Positions 47,465-57,411 of a stretch of 64,000 bases of DNA are shown here, piece by piece. Positions within the stretch are counted from its first letter, which is position 1; every line of letters begins with the position of its first letter. A program made the position numbers and the translations under genes. Below the pieces are notes generated by a model. That model was not told the DNA's origin. It saw only the letters and a program-made list of their open reading frames with translations, and did no database searches. Source of the DNA: Candidatus Nanoarchaeia archaeon (GTDB lineage Archaea; Nanobdellota; Nanobdellia; Pacearchaeales; GW2011-AR1); NCBI GenBank assembly GCA_028718805.1, contig JAQUKY010000006.1:1927-65926 (forward strand), written 5' to 3'.

Positions 47465-47917
47465 ATGTTATTAAGAACTCATTTGGCTTTTGCATTTCTG
47501 ATGATAATTTTGTTTGTAAAACATGTCAATAACCAGTGGGTTTTTATCCTGATGGTTTTGGTTGCAACTGTTCTACCTGACTTGGATACTGGTTTTTCAA
47601 GTTGGGGAAGACATTGGATATTCAGACCTCTTCAGTTTTTTGTTAAACATAGGGGAATATTTCACAGCCTTACAACTGCCACACTCCTTTCTATTTTGCT
47701 TGCTGTTTTTTGGCCTGTTGGAAGCCTTGGATTTTTTATTGGTTATTCTGTTCATATATTTCTAGATAGTTTTACAAGAGAAGGAGTACAGCCTTTTTGG
47801 CCATTGAAACATAAAACCTATGGGTTTATTTCAACAGGAGGAAGAATAGAAGATAGCTTTTTTGTATTTCTAATTATCTTTGATGTTGCTCTGATTATTA
47901 TCACCTTTGTTTTTTAA
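47465..47917 (+). CDS. Metal-dependent membrane hydrolase (YdjM-like)
   Basis: RTH, LPDLD, HRGIFHS, HIFLD. Confidence 0.8.
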   Translation: MLLRTHLAFAFLMIILFVKHVNNQWVFILMVLVATVLPDLDTGFSSWGRHWIFRPLQFFVKHRGIFHSLTTATLLSILLAVFWPVGSLGFFIGYSVHIFLDSFTREGVQPFWPLKHKTYGFISTGGRIEDSFFVFLIIFDVALIIITFVF

Positions 47918-48052
47918 TTGTTTTTTTGTTTTAGTAATCTCATAAACGATTTAAGCTTTATTTAATATTTCAGCAGCTATAATTTGATTTTTTCTATTTT
48001 TAATTTAGAATATTCATTATCACTAATTATAGATTAATTCCTGATGATTATT

Positions 48053-48223
48053 TTACACTACCTTAACTGAAAAGTCTAATATCCCTTCTTCTTGCCACTC
48101 TCTTAAAGTTTGTCTATTGAATCCTTTTAAAAAACCTACTATGTACATTTCTTCTGGGCTTAACTGGGTGGAGAGTATTTCTATTTCATCTTGCGCATTA
48201 AAATTTTGATATGTGTTTCTCAT
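48053..48223 (-). CDS. Small hypothetical protein (56 aa), not in ORF track
   Basis: MRNTYQNFNAQDEIEILSTQLSPEEMYIVGFLKGFNRQTLREWQEEGILDFSVKVV with AGGAGGT ribosome-binding site. Confidence 0.65.
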   Translation of the reverse strand: MRNTYQNFNAQDEIEILSTQLSPEEMYIVGFLKGFNRQTLREWQEEGILDFSVKVV

Positions 48224-48330
48224 TTTGACCTCCTAAACATTTTAAGTCAGGGGTTTATAAATCGATTGCGAAGCCCTTGTATGAAACTTTAATTCATAAG
48301 GCTTATAAAGGAAATCAGATAAATTCTAAT

Positions 48331-49059
48331 ATGCAACTTGCACTCTCTCTTGGAAAATTCTATGGAATTGATTCTTTAGTTGAGATTCTCATAATAATAG
48401 TATCTTTTATAATCTCCTACTATAGTAATAAAATTTATAGATTGGTAAAAGATAAAAATTACAGGCTTTTTTCCTTTGCTTTTTTAGCAATAGCGATATC
48501 GTTTATATTCAAAATTTTAAGTAATTTAACTATTCTGCATAAAACCAATATTCATGTTACTAATTTTGTGTTAGTTGTTTTAACTGAGTTTGAATTTATA
48601 GAAGTTGTCAATTTTATCAGCCTTATTTTGTACAAGTCTTTTTATCTAGTTGGTTTTTTAATTTTGTTTCTTATATTAACAAAAACAAGCAATAAAGAAA
48701 AAATTTTCCTGTTTTTTTATCTTAGCCTTATTACGATTTTATTTAGCATTTATTTTGACTTTGTTTTTCATATAACACTTATATTAATACTTCTATTCTT
48801 AACCTATAATTTTTTTATAAATTATAACAAAAGGAAAAGTATAAATTCGTTTTTAGTATTTTTTGCCTTTTTATTATTATCAGTAGACCATTTATTTTTT
48901 ATTCTTGAGGATATTAATCTAATTTTATATCTAATCGGAGAGATTTTATCCTTAATTGGATTTTTATGCCTTTTAGTAAACCAGATTAAAATAAAAAATG
49001 AAAAAACGAACACGGTTAGAAGTAATAAAAGATATTTTAGAGATAATAAGAGAAAATAA
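48331..49059 (+). CDS. Polytopic (about 7 TM) membrane protein
   Basis: Probable ATG at 48331; seven hydrophobic segments; overlaps the wHTH gene. Confidence 0.65.
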   Translation: MQLALSLGKFYGIDSLVEILIIIVSFIISYYSNKIYRLVKDKNYRLFSFAFLAIAISFIFKILSNLTILHKTNIHVTNFVLVVLTEFEFIEVVNFISLILYKSFYLVGFLILFLILTKTSNKEKIFLFFYLSLITILFSIYFDFVFHITLILILLFLTYNFFINYNKRKSINSFLVFFAFLLLSVDHLFFILEDINLILYLIGEILSLIGFLCLLVNQIKIKNEKTNTVRSNKRYFRDNKRK

Positions 49060-49264
49060 GCAGGTTAAGATAACCCATCTTATTTACAAATCTAATCTTT
49101 CAAACAACAGTATAAAACCCTACTTAAAGGATTTACTCGAAAATAATATGATAGAAGAGTTAGTTGAAAATGAAAGAAAATTGTTTAAAATAACAAAAAA
49201 AGGAAATGAATTCTTAGAAGAATTTAACAAAATCAGGATTTTTTCAGAATCTTTTGGGTTGTGA
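48998..49264 (+). CDS. Winged-helix DNA-binding protein
   Basis: RTRLEVIKDILE..KITHLIYKSNLS...FKITKKGNEFL. Confidence 0.8.
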   Translation: MKKRTRLEVIKDILEIIRENKQVKITHLIYKSNLSNNSIKPYLKDLLENNMIEELVENERKLFKITKKGNEFLEEFNKIRIFSESFGL

Positions 49265-49330
49265 TTTCTAGGTTATTTTTAGATATATATAACCCTTTTA
49301 GATAATCCTTATAAATGAAAATGGGCTGGT

Positions 49331-49663
49331 TTGGTTATGGCTGAAGTTACTAAAGAAGACGTACTTGAGGAAAAAATTTGTTTTGAAGGAGATAGAAAAC
49401 AAGTTTCTATATCTTATGATGAAGTTAAATTTTTTTTAGACAATCAGTGTGCAGAGAAAAAGGCTGTTGAGATTTATAATCATAATGAGGGAAATGCCGT
49501 TGTTCATAAATTCTTAGATATATATCATACTTCAAATTGCACACTTAAATTAGAGTGTGAGTATATAAAATTACATGGAAAATTAGATGTTATGGTTTAT
49601 GGAGAAAAATCTTTAGAGGTTATTGGGCATTTAAAGGCGTTGATAGGAGAAGGTGAAATTTAA
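49331..49663 (+). CDS. Hypothetical protein
   Basis: 110-aa ORF coupled to radA. Confidence 0.5.
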   Translation: MVMAEVTKEDVLEEKICFEGDRKQVSISYDEVKFFLDNQCAEKKAVEIYNHNEGNAVVHKFLDIYHTSNCTLKLECEYIKLHGKLDVMVYGEKSLEVIGHLKALIGEGEI

Positions 49664-49665
49664 AA

Positions 49666-50664
49666 ATGGCTGAAGAAAAAGAAAAAAAGAAGGAAAAAGA
49701 TAAAGGAGCAGAAAAAAAGATATCTGATTTGCCTGGAATAGGCCCTGCTGCTATTGAAAAATTAGAAGCAGCGGGAATATTTGACTTAATGGGAATTGCA
49801 GTTCTTGGGCCTAAGGAACTATCTGAAATGGCTGGGATGGGGGAGGCAGTTGCCAGAAAAGCTATTCAGGCAGCAAGGAAGATGATGGATTTAGGATTTC
49901 AGGATGGGTTAGAGTTTGCTGAAAAAAGAGAAGAAATTCTTCATATTACTACTGGAAGCAAGGCTTTTGATAGTCTTTTAGGAGGCAGAGGCATAGAAAC
50001 AAAGGCGATTACTGAGGCTTTTGGAGCTTATGGAAGCGGAAAAACTCAATTAGGATTAAGTCTTGCTGTTAATGTTCAGTTGCCTATTGAAATGGGCGGT
50101 TGTGAAGGGAAAGCTGTTTATATTGATACAGAAGGAACCTTCAGGCCAGAAAGGATAAAACAGATTGCAGAAGCAAAAGGTGCTAATCCTGAAAAAGTTT
50201 TAAAAAATATTTTGGTTGCAAGAGCATTTAATTCTGACCATCAGATATTATTAATTGATAAGGTAGGAGAGTTGATAAAAAATGGAGAATCAATTAAAAT
50301 AGTTATTATTGATAGTTTAACTGCTCATTTCAGAGCTGAATTTTCAGGAAGAGGGCAGTTAGCAGACAGGCAACAAAAATTGAATAAGTATCTTCATGCT
50401 TTGATGAAAATGGCAGAGCAGTTTAATCTTGCGGTTTATGTCACAAACCAGGTCATGGCAAACCCTGCAATGATGTTTGGAGATCCAACAACTGCAATAG
50501 GAGGGAATATAGTAGGCCATGCTTCAACTTATAGATTATATCTGAGAAGGAGCAAGAAAAATTCAAGAGTTGCCAAATTGATTGACAGCCCTAATCTGCC
50601 TGATAATGAGTGTGTTTTTTATGTAGGAAACAAAGGGATAACTGATGAAGAAGGGGCGGAATGA
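49666..50664 (+). CDS. radA: DNA repair and recombination protein RadA
   Basis: N-terminal HhH, GAYGSGKTQ, YIDTEGTFRPER, IIDSLTAHFRAE. Confidence 0.96.
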   Translation: MAEEKEKKKEKDKGAEKKISDLPGIGPAAIEKLEAAGIFDLMGIAVLGPKELSEMAGMGEAVARKAIQAARKMMDLGFQDGLEFAEKREEILHITTGSKAFDSLLGGRGIETKAITEAFGAYGSGKTQLGLSLAVNVQLPIEMGGCEGKAVYIDTEGTFRPERIKQIAEAKGANPEKVLKNILVARAFNSDHQILLIDKVGELIKNGESIKIVIIDSLTAHFRAEFSGRGQLADRQQKLNKYLHALMKMAEQFNLAVYVTNQVMANPAMMFGDPTTAIGGNIVGHASTYRLYLRRSKKNSRVAKLIDSPNLPDNECVFYVGNKGITDEEGAE

Positions 50665-50725
50665 GTTTAATGCCCCCAGAGATTATTAATATATTTTCAA
50701 AAAGGTTTATAAGTTTATTATTTGT

Positions 50726-51256
50726 TTGTTACTTATGGAAGAAGAGGTAAAAGAGCAGATATGGAAGATTTTTATGATTGCAAGCTTTCTTTTTGTAACT
50801 ATATTTTTTATCCTTCCTTACCTGGTTCAAATTTCAACTTTTTTCCATGAAAGAGCGCATCAGAAAGCTTTAGATAAATATGGCATTGAAAATTCCTATA
50901 AGGTTAATTTACTTGAAACAATACATAATTTTTATAACCCCAATGTACAAAAATTAGGAGTTACAAGGTTCGATTTAAATAAATATGAACAGTTGGACAA
51001 GTACAAGAAAGCAGAAGTTAATATTGCAGGAATTGTTTCTGATTTAAGGTTTTTATTTTTAATTGGAATTTATCTTAGCTTCGTGAATATCTATCTTTTC
51101 TATAAAATAAGATTCAAAAAAGAATATAATGTGAAATGGATTCTTGCCATTGACTGGGTTTTGTTTATGTGGCTTCTGGCTTTAATCCAGATTACAGTAG
51201 CCAATATTACTTACTCTTCCGGGGATGTTTATCAACTTGTGAGATTTATCCCTTAG
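50726..51256 (+). CDS. Membrane protein with HExxH (putative zinc peptidase)
   Basis: FFHERAH next to a TM segment; NIAG; GD near C-terminus. Confidence 0.55.
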   Translation: MLLMEEEVKEQIWKIFMIASFLFVTIFFILPYLVQISTFFHERAHQKALDKYGIENSYKVNLLETIHNFYNPNVQKLGVTRFDLNKYEQLDKYKKAEVNIAGIVSDLRFLFLIGIYLSFVNIYLFYKIRFKKEYNVKWILAIDWVLFMWLLALIQITVANITYSSGDVYQLVRFIP

Positions 51257-51493
51257 AAATTATTATTTTTATTAGTAATTTATTAGACGATTTTAAGTCC
51301 TAAAAAATCTTTGAGATTTTTTGGAACTTCAACTTTAAAAAGATTGAAGTCTTTGCAGATGAGTGCCTAAGACACCCATGGTTTCTTGTGGCTTCAACTT
51401 CCTTTTATTTTGTTTGATCGCTCTTGCTTACTTAGTTTATTTTATTAATTTGGTTTCCATTATAATAATCTATAAAAAGCTGTTTTTTGTTCT

Positions 51494-52720
51494 GTGTTAA
51501 TGGAAGAACAAAAAGAGATTATTGCAGATTTACACATACATTCGAGATTTTCAAGAGCATGTTCTAAAAGTATAACTATTCCTTATTTAGCTAAATGGGC
51601 AAGAGTTAAGGGCTTGAATCTGCTGGGAACAGGCGATTTTCAGCATCCGGAATGGTTTAAGGAATTAGATGTTCTTGAGGAAGGAGAGGGGATTATTTAT
51701 TATGAAGGATTTCCTTTTCTTTGGCAGACAGAAATCAGTTTAATGTATACTAAAGATGGAAAAGGGAGAAGGATACATTATGTTATATTAGCACCAAATA
51801 AGGAGGTTGTTAAGCAAATAACAAAATTTTTTGGAAGCAAAGGAAGATTAGATTATGATGGGAGGCCTATTTTTGGTTTTTCTTCTATTGAACTAGTTGA
51901 GGCAATGGAGAATATAGATAAAGATATAGAGATAATCCCGGCTCATGTGTGGACTCCCTGGTTTGGTATTTTTGGAAGCAGGTCAGGATTTAACAGTTTA
52001 AAGGAAGCTTTTGAAGATAAGGCAGACAGAATTCATGCAATAGAAACAGGCATGAGTTCAGATCCTGAAATGAACTGGAGAATTAAGGGATTAAATAAAA
52101 AAAGTATAGTTTCATTTTCAGATTCTCATTCTTTTTGGCCCTGGAGAATTGGAAGAGAAGCAACTATTTTTTTAGGAGAATTAAGCTATAAAAATATTTT
52201 AAAACAGATAAGAGAAAATTCTTTTAAAGCAACAGTTGAAACAGATCCTGGTTATGGTATTTATCACTGGGATGGACACAGAGATTGTAATTTTTCATGT
52301 TCTCCTAATAAAAGCAAGGAAATTAATAATATCTGCCCTGTTTGTAATAAATCCCTGACAATTGGGGTTGAGAACAGGGTGGAGCAGTTGGCAGATAATC
52401 CTTTAGGGTTTATGCCTCAAAATGCAAAACCTTATTATAAAATTTTACCTTTGCATGAATTAATAGCATTGGCAAAAGCTTCTACTCTTGCATCTAAAAA
52501 AACCTGGCAGGTTTATAATTCGTTAATTGAAAAGTTTGGAAATGAGTTTAATATTCTGTTATTCGTTGATAAAACAGAATTAGCCAAGTTTTTGCCAAAT
52601 GACGCATTGTTAGTTGAATTAATAATCAAAAACAGGATAGGAAACATAAAAGTCAAACCAGGCTATGACGGTGTTTATGGAGAAGCCTTGATGCCTGAGA
52701 AACAGGTGAAGTTGTTTTAG
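51494..52720 (+). CDS. PHP-domain endonuclease Q family protein
   Basis: DLHIHSRFS, GTGDF, PAHVWTPW, SDSHS, YHWDGH..C, CPVC, PGYDGVYG. Confidence 0.8.
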   Translation: MLMEEQKEIIADLHIHSRFSRACSKSITIPYLAKWARVKGLNLLGTGDFQHPEWFKELDVLEEGEGIIYYEGFPFLWQTEISLMYTKDGKGRRIHYVILAPNKEVVKQITKFFGSKGRLDYDGRPIFGFSSIELVEAMENIDKDIEIIPAHVWTPWFGIFGSRSGFNSLKEAFEDKADRIHAIETGMSSDPEMNWRIKGLNKKSIVSFSDSHSFWPWRIGREATIFLGELSYKNILKQIRENSFKATVETDPGYGIYHWDGHRDCNFSCSPNKSKEINNICPVCNKSLTIGVENRVEQLADNPLGFMPQNAKPYYKILPLHELIALAKASTLASKKTWQVYNSLIEKFGNEFNILLFVDKTELAKFLPNDALLVELIIKNRIGNIKVKPGYDGVYGEALMPEKQVKLF

Positions 52721-52722
52721 AT

Positions 52723-53016
52723 TTATTTTTGAATTTTTATAAACCCTTTAGAAGTCAATAAATCAGAAAGCTCTTTTGGAACCTTTATTTCTTTAGATGA
52801 AATTTGAATATCAACAATTTTATCATGGCAGATATCTTCTCCATATCTTATTACCATTAATGAACCTTGTTCTTCATGTAAATATTGCATAGAATTAATA
52901 GGTTCTAATTCAAGATAATTTCTTATTAAAAATTCATTAACTTCTCGACCGATAATTCTTTCTTCGTCAGTTCCTTTTAATTTAGAGGGAAGTTTGTATA
53001 CTTCTCTTCTTTTCAT
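52723..53016 (-). CDS. Hypothetical protein, paralog of neighbour
   Basis: C-terminus PKELSDLLTSKGFIKI. Confidence 0.5.
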   Translation of the reverse strand: MKRREVYKLPSKLKGTDEERIIGREVNEFLIRNYLELEPINSMQYLHEEQGSLMVIRYGEDICHDKIVDIQISSKEIKVPKELSDLLTSKGFIKIQK

Positions 53017-53096
53017 ATAGGTTACCCTAGTTATTTGTTTATATATTTAATTATAATTCAAAGTAGATATTAATGTTTATGGGTAAGCGTTTATTT

Positions 53097-53357
53097 CTAA
53101 AGAATTTTTGTGAATTCATTATCTTCTAATAATCGAATTAGTTCTTTAGGAGCTGGACCTTTAGGGTTTACTTCGGTCCTAACAAGAGTCCTTTTTAATA
53201 GATCATCGTAATATATTTTTACGGAAATTAATGAATTATTATTTATTATTGAATAATAATCTTTGCCTATTCTTTCAAAACCTTTTTGAATTTTTGCTTC
53301 TACTGCGGAATCTTTCCCTTCTTTTTTCCAAAGTCCATGCGCATTATTGTAATCCAT
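53097..53357 (-). CDS. Hypothetical protein, paralog of neighbour
   Basis: C-terminus PKELIRLLEDNEFTKI. Confidence 0.5.
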   Translation of the reverse strand: MDYNNAHGLWKKEGKDSAVEAKIQKGFERIGKDYYSIINNNSLISVKIYYDDLLKRTLVRTEVNPKGPAPKELIRLLEDNEFTKIL

Positions 53358-53410
53358 GAGGGAGGGATTACTAAGTGATTTAAAAGCCTTGTTGTAAGAG
53401 AAAATATATT

Positions 53411-54136
53411 TTAATGTTTAACTTTTTCAAGCTCAAACTCGCAGTTTTGCTTTTTTGCCTGCTGTTCAATTTCTTCTGTTACTTTGTTAATATCTGATTT
53501 TATCTGCTTAAAATCTGGTCCGTGTATTTTTAGATTATATTTTCCTGCTGCAATGTAAGAAACATCGCATTTTGAATTTTTGCATGCATTATCTATTATC
53601 TCTTTTACAATCTTCATGCCATTGGAAGATTTGCTTGAGAGTTTTATTATATTCTTTACCTCTTTTGGTTTTTCTTTTTTTGATTCGATAATCTTTATTA
53701 TCTTTTCAGCATCTTCTTTTTTGAAATACTTGTTTAAAATTTTAGGATTCTCCCTTAATTCTTCAAAAAAATTTGTTAAGCTTTGTTCTTTAGTTATTTC
53801 TTTCACTATTTTTTCAGCTTCTTCTTTTCCTATAACTGTTTTTATTATTGCCTTATAATTATTTTCTTTTTCTATTTTATCCAAAAGTTCCTTTCTCTCA
53901 TTTTGCTTGACTCTTCTTAAGGACAATTGAATTCTTCCATTTTTCAAACTTATTATCTTGCAAACAATTTTCTTTCCAGGAACAACATAATCCCTTAAAT
54001 TTCTTATTCTTCCAGGAGCTATTTCTGAGGTGGTTATTGTCCCTTCCCAATTATCTTCGATTTTTACAAATACGGTTGTTCCAACTACTTTATCTACAGT
54101 ACACAATAAGATTTCTCCTTCTTCGAATTCTTCCAT
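53411..54136 (-). CDS. eif2a: Translation initiation factor aIF2 alpha
   Basis: S1 domain EEGEILLCTV...SEIAPGRIRNLRDYV...LSLRRV; YIAAGKY; probable ATG at 54136. Confidence 0.9.
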   Translation of the reverse strand: MEEFEEGEILLCTVDKVVGTTVFVKIEDNWEGTITTSEIAPGRIRNLRDYVVPGKKIVCKIISLKNGRIQLSLRRVKQNERKELLDKIEKENNYKAIIKTVIGKEEAEKIVKEITKEQSLTNFFEELRENPKILNKYFKKEDAEKIIKIIESKKEKPKEVKNIIKLSSKSSNGMKIVKEIIDNACKNSKCDVSYIAAGKYNLKIHGPDFKQIKSDINKVTEEIEQQAKKQNCEFELEKVKH

Positions 54137-54228
54137 ACTGGAAGAATTAGGTTTTATTTTATAAAGGTTGCTATTCTTTCTTTTCACAAAAGAAATATAG
54201 ATTAGAAGTTTTGAAGTTAAAAAGTTGG

Positions 54229-55041
54229 TTATTTTTTTATCTCTTTTAATATTTTATCTATTATCTCAGAATAAGAATATACTGGAAGACCCAATTCTTT
54301 TAATTTATCTTGTTTTCCTATTACTACGGGGGATTTATCTTTATTATCTACAGAAACAACTTCAATATTAAATTTAGATAATATATCTTTTGCAATATCA
54401 AATCTTGTTTTTAACTCAGGAGCTGAAATAGGTATAATCTCCTTATTTATCTTATTTTTGATTATAAGTTCTATAGTTTCAGAGATATGCCCCAAATATG
54501 TTGGCTGAAATTTCCAAGAGGTATCATAAATAGCGGGAGTTTTTTCTGTGATATTCTTTAATATCCTGTTAAATGGCCGGTCATTAGTTGTATTTGGACT
54601 CAGCCCCATAACTAAAGAAGGTCTTAGAATAACAAATCCTTTTTTTGTATTTTTAACATAATTTTCAGAGGCTAATTTTGTTTTCCCATAGACATTTATG
54701 GGGGCAGCCACTCTGTCTGAAGATATAAATATTATTTTCGCGTTTATTAAATTAGCAGCCTCAACAATATTTTTTGTTCCATTTTCATTAATACCTTTTG
54801 CAAGCTTTTGATTTTGTTCACACCAACGGGCGTTAGGATTTGCAGCCACATGAATAATTATCTCTGGTTTAATCTTTTTAATAATTTCAATAACTTCTTT
54901 AGAATTAGTTATATCTAATTTAATTAATTCCTTGAATAATTTGTTTTTATTATAAGTTCCAGTAACATTAAACTTATTTCTTAAATCGCTATATATTCTT
55001 GCACCAACATAACTGCTTGCCCCAATGATTAATATCTTCAT
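54229..55041 (-). CDS. RmlD-like NAD(P)-dependent sugar-nucleotide reductase (extended SDR)
   Basis: MKILIIGASSYVG, LDIT, IIHVAA, ISSD, YGKTK; the upstream extension in the ORF track overlaps S27e and is probably not translated. Confidence 0.82.
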   Translation of the reverse strand: MKILIIGASSYVGARIYSDLRNKFNVTGTYNKNKLFKELIKLDITNSKEVIEIIKKIKPEIIIHVAANPNARWCEQNQKLAKGINENGTKNIVEAANLINAKIIFISSDRVAAPINVYGKTKLASENYVKNTKKGFVILRPSLVMGLSPNTTNDRPFNRILKNITEKTPAIYDTSWKFQPTYLGHISETIELIIKNKINKEIIPISAPELKTRFDIAKDILSKFNIEVVSVDNKDKSPVVIGKQDKLKELGLPVYSYSEIIDKILKEIKK

Positions 55042-55188
55042 TTTAGGTAAATCTATTTGTTTTTCCATTTCTTCTTTGAATTTATCTCTCTTGATAATTA
55101 TTCTTTTCGCTTTTAAATACCTTTGTTTGATAATTTGAATATTAGTCATTTTCGAAGGTTTTAAAAACCCCTCTCTATCTATTTTCTT

Positions 55189-55362
55189 ATGAAAGCTAAA
55201 ACTAGATTCATTAAAGTAAGATGCCAGAGTTGTAAGAATGAGCAAATTATATTTGAAGGGGCAACAACAAAAGTTCAATGCTTAGTTTGCAATGCAATAA
55301 TCGCAGAACCAAAAGGCGGTAAAGCAGATATAAAAGCAAGAATTGTTGAGGTTCTGAACTGA
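55189..55362 (+). CDS. rps27e: 30S ribosomal protein S27e (57 aa), not in ORF track
   Basis: RFIKVRCQSCKNEQIIFEGATTKVQCLVCNAIIAEPKGGKA. Confidence 0.93.
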   Translation: MKAKTRFIKVRCQSCKNEQIIFEGATTKVQCLVCNAIIAEPKGGKADIKARIVEVLN

Positions 55363-55491
55363 TAATACCCTTTCTCATTAATTTCTAATTTATCTCAGTA
55401 ATTTATTAAACGATTTTAAGCTTTGCAGACGAGCAGATTTTGTTGGGGGTATTATCCATTTAGAATTATTAATATCCATTTGAACTGATTC

Positions 55492-56823
55492 TTACACCTT
55501 TATCACTTCAAACTCCAGTTTTCTTTGGATTAACTCTATGAATTTATCTTCGTCATCTTTTTTTATTGTGCAGCCTGCAGCATTGTGATGCCCGCCTGAT
55601 TTCCCACCTATTGTTTTGATTATCGAATCTATTATTTCTTTTAAATTTCTATTTGATCTTGTTCTTCTTCCTGCTATTCTTGTTGATACTTTTATTTTAT
55701 CACCGTTGTATGCCATTGCTACAATTACTGTTCCTTGCTTGTATATTGATGAAAATGAGAGGATGCTTGCAAGGGTTCCTATTAATGTATCTTTGATATT
55801 ATCTTTTGCGTTTATTATTACATATTCTCTGCCTTCTATTTTGTCATTTTGGTCAATAAACCTCAGGCCAGAAATTATATGCTGCCTGTATTTCAAATAG
55901 ATTCTTTCTGCTTTTTTTCTTGCATACGGATTTCCCATGCAGAACAAGAATGCTATCTGCGGGAAACCCATCCTGCTGCAGGCATTTATTATAGCTGACA
56001 ATTCCCTTGCATCTTCAATTTTGTTGAAGAATTTGACAAGATAAAGATTCCCTATGCATTCTGTAGCATCTTCCTGAGAAAGTCTAAGCAAAAAAACGGT
56101 AGTTAATCTTTTCATTTCTTCATCATTTAGATCTATCAAGGACTTGTAACATTTTCCGATTTTTTCAATTCCTGCTTCTTCTAGAAGACTTATCGCGCCT
56201 AGGTAGTTCCCCGTTGCTCCGGGTATAAAAGGTCTTGAGCTAAATTCAATTATTTTATCTAGGGGTCTTGTTGAAGGATAGAGCAAAAGCCCCTTTTTTA
56301 CTTTTACAGTGGACTCTTTTATTATTATGTCTCTTGTTTTATTTATTTCTTTTTCCATTGTGTCTCCTACCATACCTATAATTGCCAGATAAGCAAGAGA
56401 GGCATTTTCTTTTGAAATCTCCCTTGATATAAGATATACAAGTTCTGAAGTGCATAATTCCTCATAATTCTTTAATAAATGGGGGTTGATTATATTCATA
56501 TTCTCTGGGACTTCTGTTATTTCTATTTCGTGATGATCAACTACAAAAATATTAGTTTTTAATTTGGATAAGTTTTCTATGTTGTTTGAACCTAAATCTA
56601 ATAAAAGGATTGTTCTATCTTCTGGGAATAAATTGATTTCTTCTTCATTAAGTTGCTTGATAATCTTGATTGAGAATTGCTTGTTTAACTTCCTTAAGGT
56701 TTTCGAAAAAATTGCTGCAGAAGTAATTCCGTCTGTGTCATAATGACTGATCAGGTGTATTTTTTTGTCATCAATTTTTCTTAAAAATTCTTTTGTAAAT
56801 CTTTCCACTTCTTTTAGTATCAT
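55492..56823 (-). CDS. RecJ-like DHH/DHHA1 phosphoesterase
   Basis: HYDTDG, LLDLG, VVDHH, GGHHNAAG; next to rps15 as is common in archaea. Confidence 0.85.
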   Translation of the reverse strand: MILKEVERFTKEFLRKIDDKKIHLISHYDTDGITSAAIFSKTLRKLNKQFSIKIIKQLNEEEINLFPEDRTILLLDLGSNNIENLSKLKTNIFVVDHHEIEITEVPENMNIINPHLLKNYEELCTSELVYLISREISKENASLAYLAIIGMVGDTMEKEINKTRDIIIKESTVKVKKGLLLYPSTRPLDKIIEFSSRPFIPGATGNYLGAISLLEEAGIEKIGKCYKSLIDLNDEEMKRLTTVFLLRLSQEDATECIGNLYLVKFFNKIEDARELSAIINACSRMGFPQIAFLFCMGNPYARKKAERIYLKYRQHIISGLRFIDQNDKIEGREYVIINAKDNIKDTLIGTLASILSFSSIYKQGTVIVAMAYNGDKIKVSTRIAGRRTRSNRNLKEIIDSIIKTIGGKSGGHHNAAGCTIKKDDEDKFIELIQRKLEFEVIKV

Positions 56824-56950
56824 CTTCAGTCTCTTTTTGTCACTAATCTTTTTTAGTAATATAATAAACGATTTTGAGTTATGTTTGAGCAGCTTAACCC
56901 TCTCAATATCCCTTTAATTCGTTTTGTTTATTATCAATATAAGGGGCTAT

Positions 56951-57307
56951 TTAAGCTTCTAGATAGTCTTTTACTTTCTTTAATTTGGCCTTTGCTCTTA
57001 TTAAAGATATATCCGCTTTCTTGTCTTGTTTGTTGTTTTTATAGTGTCCTTCTATTCTATCTGCTCTTTTTTGCAGATTTATCAATGAAGGTTCTGTAAA
57101 TTTGTTTTTTTCTTTTAAAACCCTGCCTATCTTTATATTGTAGATTTTTGTTTTCGGTATTCCATACTGGTCTCTTAAAGTTAAGCCTATTTTTTCAGAA
57201 GTTAATCCTTTGTCAGCTAGTTTTAAGATTATTTCTTTTACTTCTTCTTCAGTATATTTAAGCCACACGGGCTTTTCTATTTTTTCTGTTTTCTTTGCTT
57301 TTGGCAT
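56951..57307 (-). CDS. rps15: 30S ribosomal protein S15 (uS15)
   Basis: PVWLKYTEEEV..II..L..KG...KIGLTLRDQYGIP; H.KNNKQDK. Confidence 0.9.
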   Translation of the reverse strand: MPKAKKTEKIEKPVWLKYTEEEVKEIILKLADKGLTSEKIGLTLRDQYGIPKTKIYNIKIGRVLKEKNKFTEPSLINLQKRADRIEGHYKNNKQDKKADISLIRAKAKLKKVKDYLEA

Positions 57308-57411
57308 GATAATTGGTTGTAATTTTGGTTTTTAAACTTATTTATTACAGATATAAATATGCCGTTTAGTGGTCAAGATAAATTTATAAACTTTAGAGTT
57401 TAATCTTTTAA

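Noticed and set aside
55042-55278. 5' extension of the RmlD-like ORF
   Set aside because: It overlaps rps27e on the opposite strand; the Rossmann fold starts at MKILIIG.
56943-56950. GGGGCTAT beside the rps15 stop as another core
   Set aside because: Only 8 nt match, TGGC is missing, and there are no arms or cargo; probably chance.
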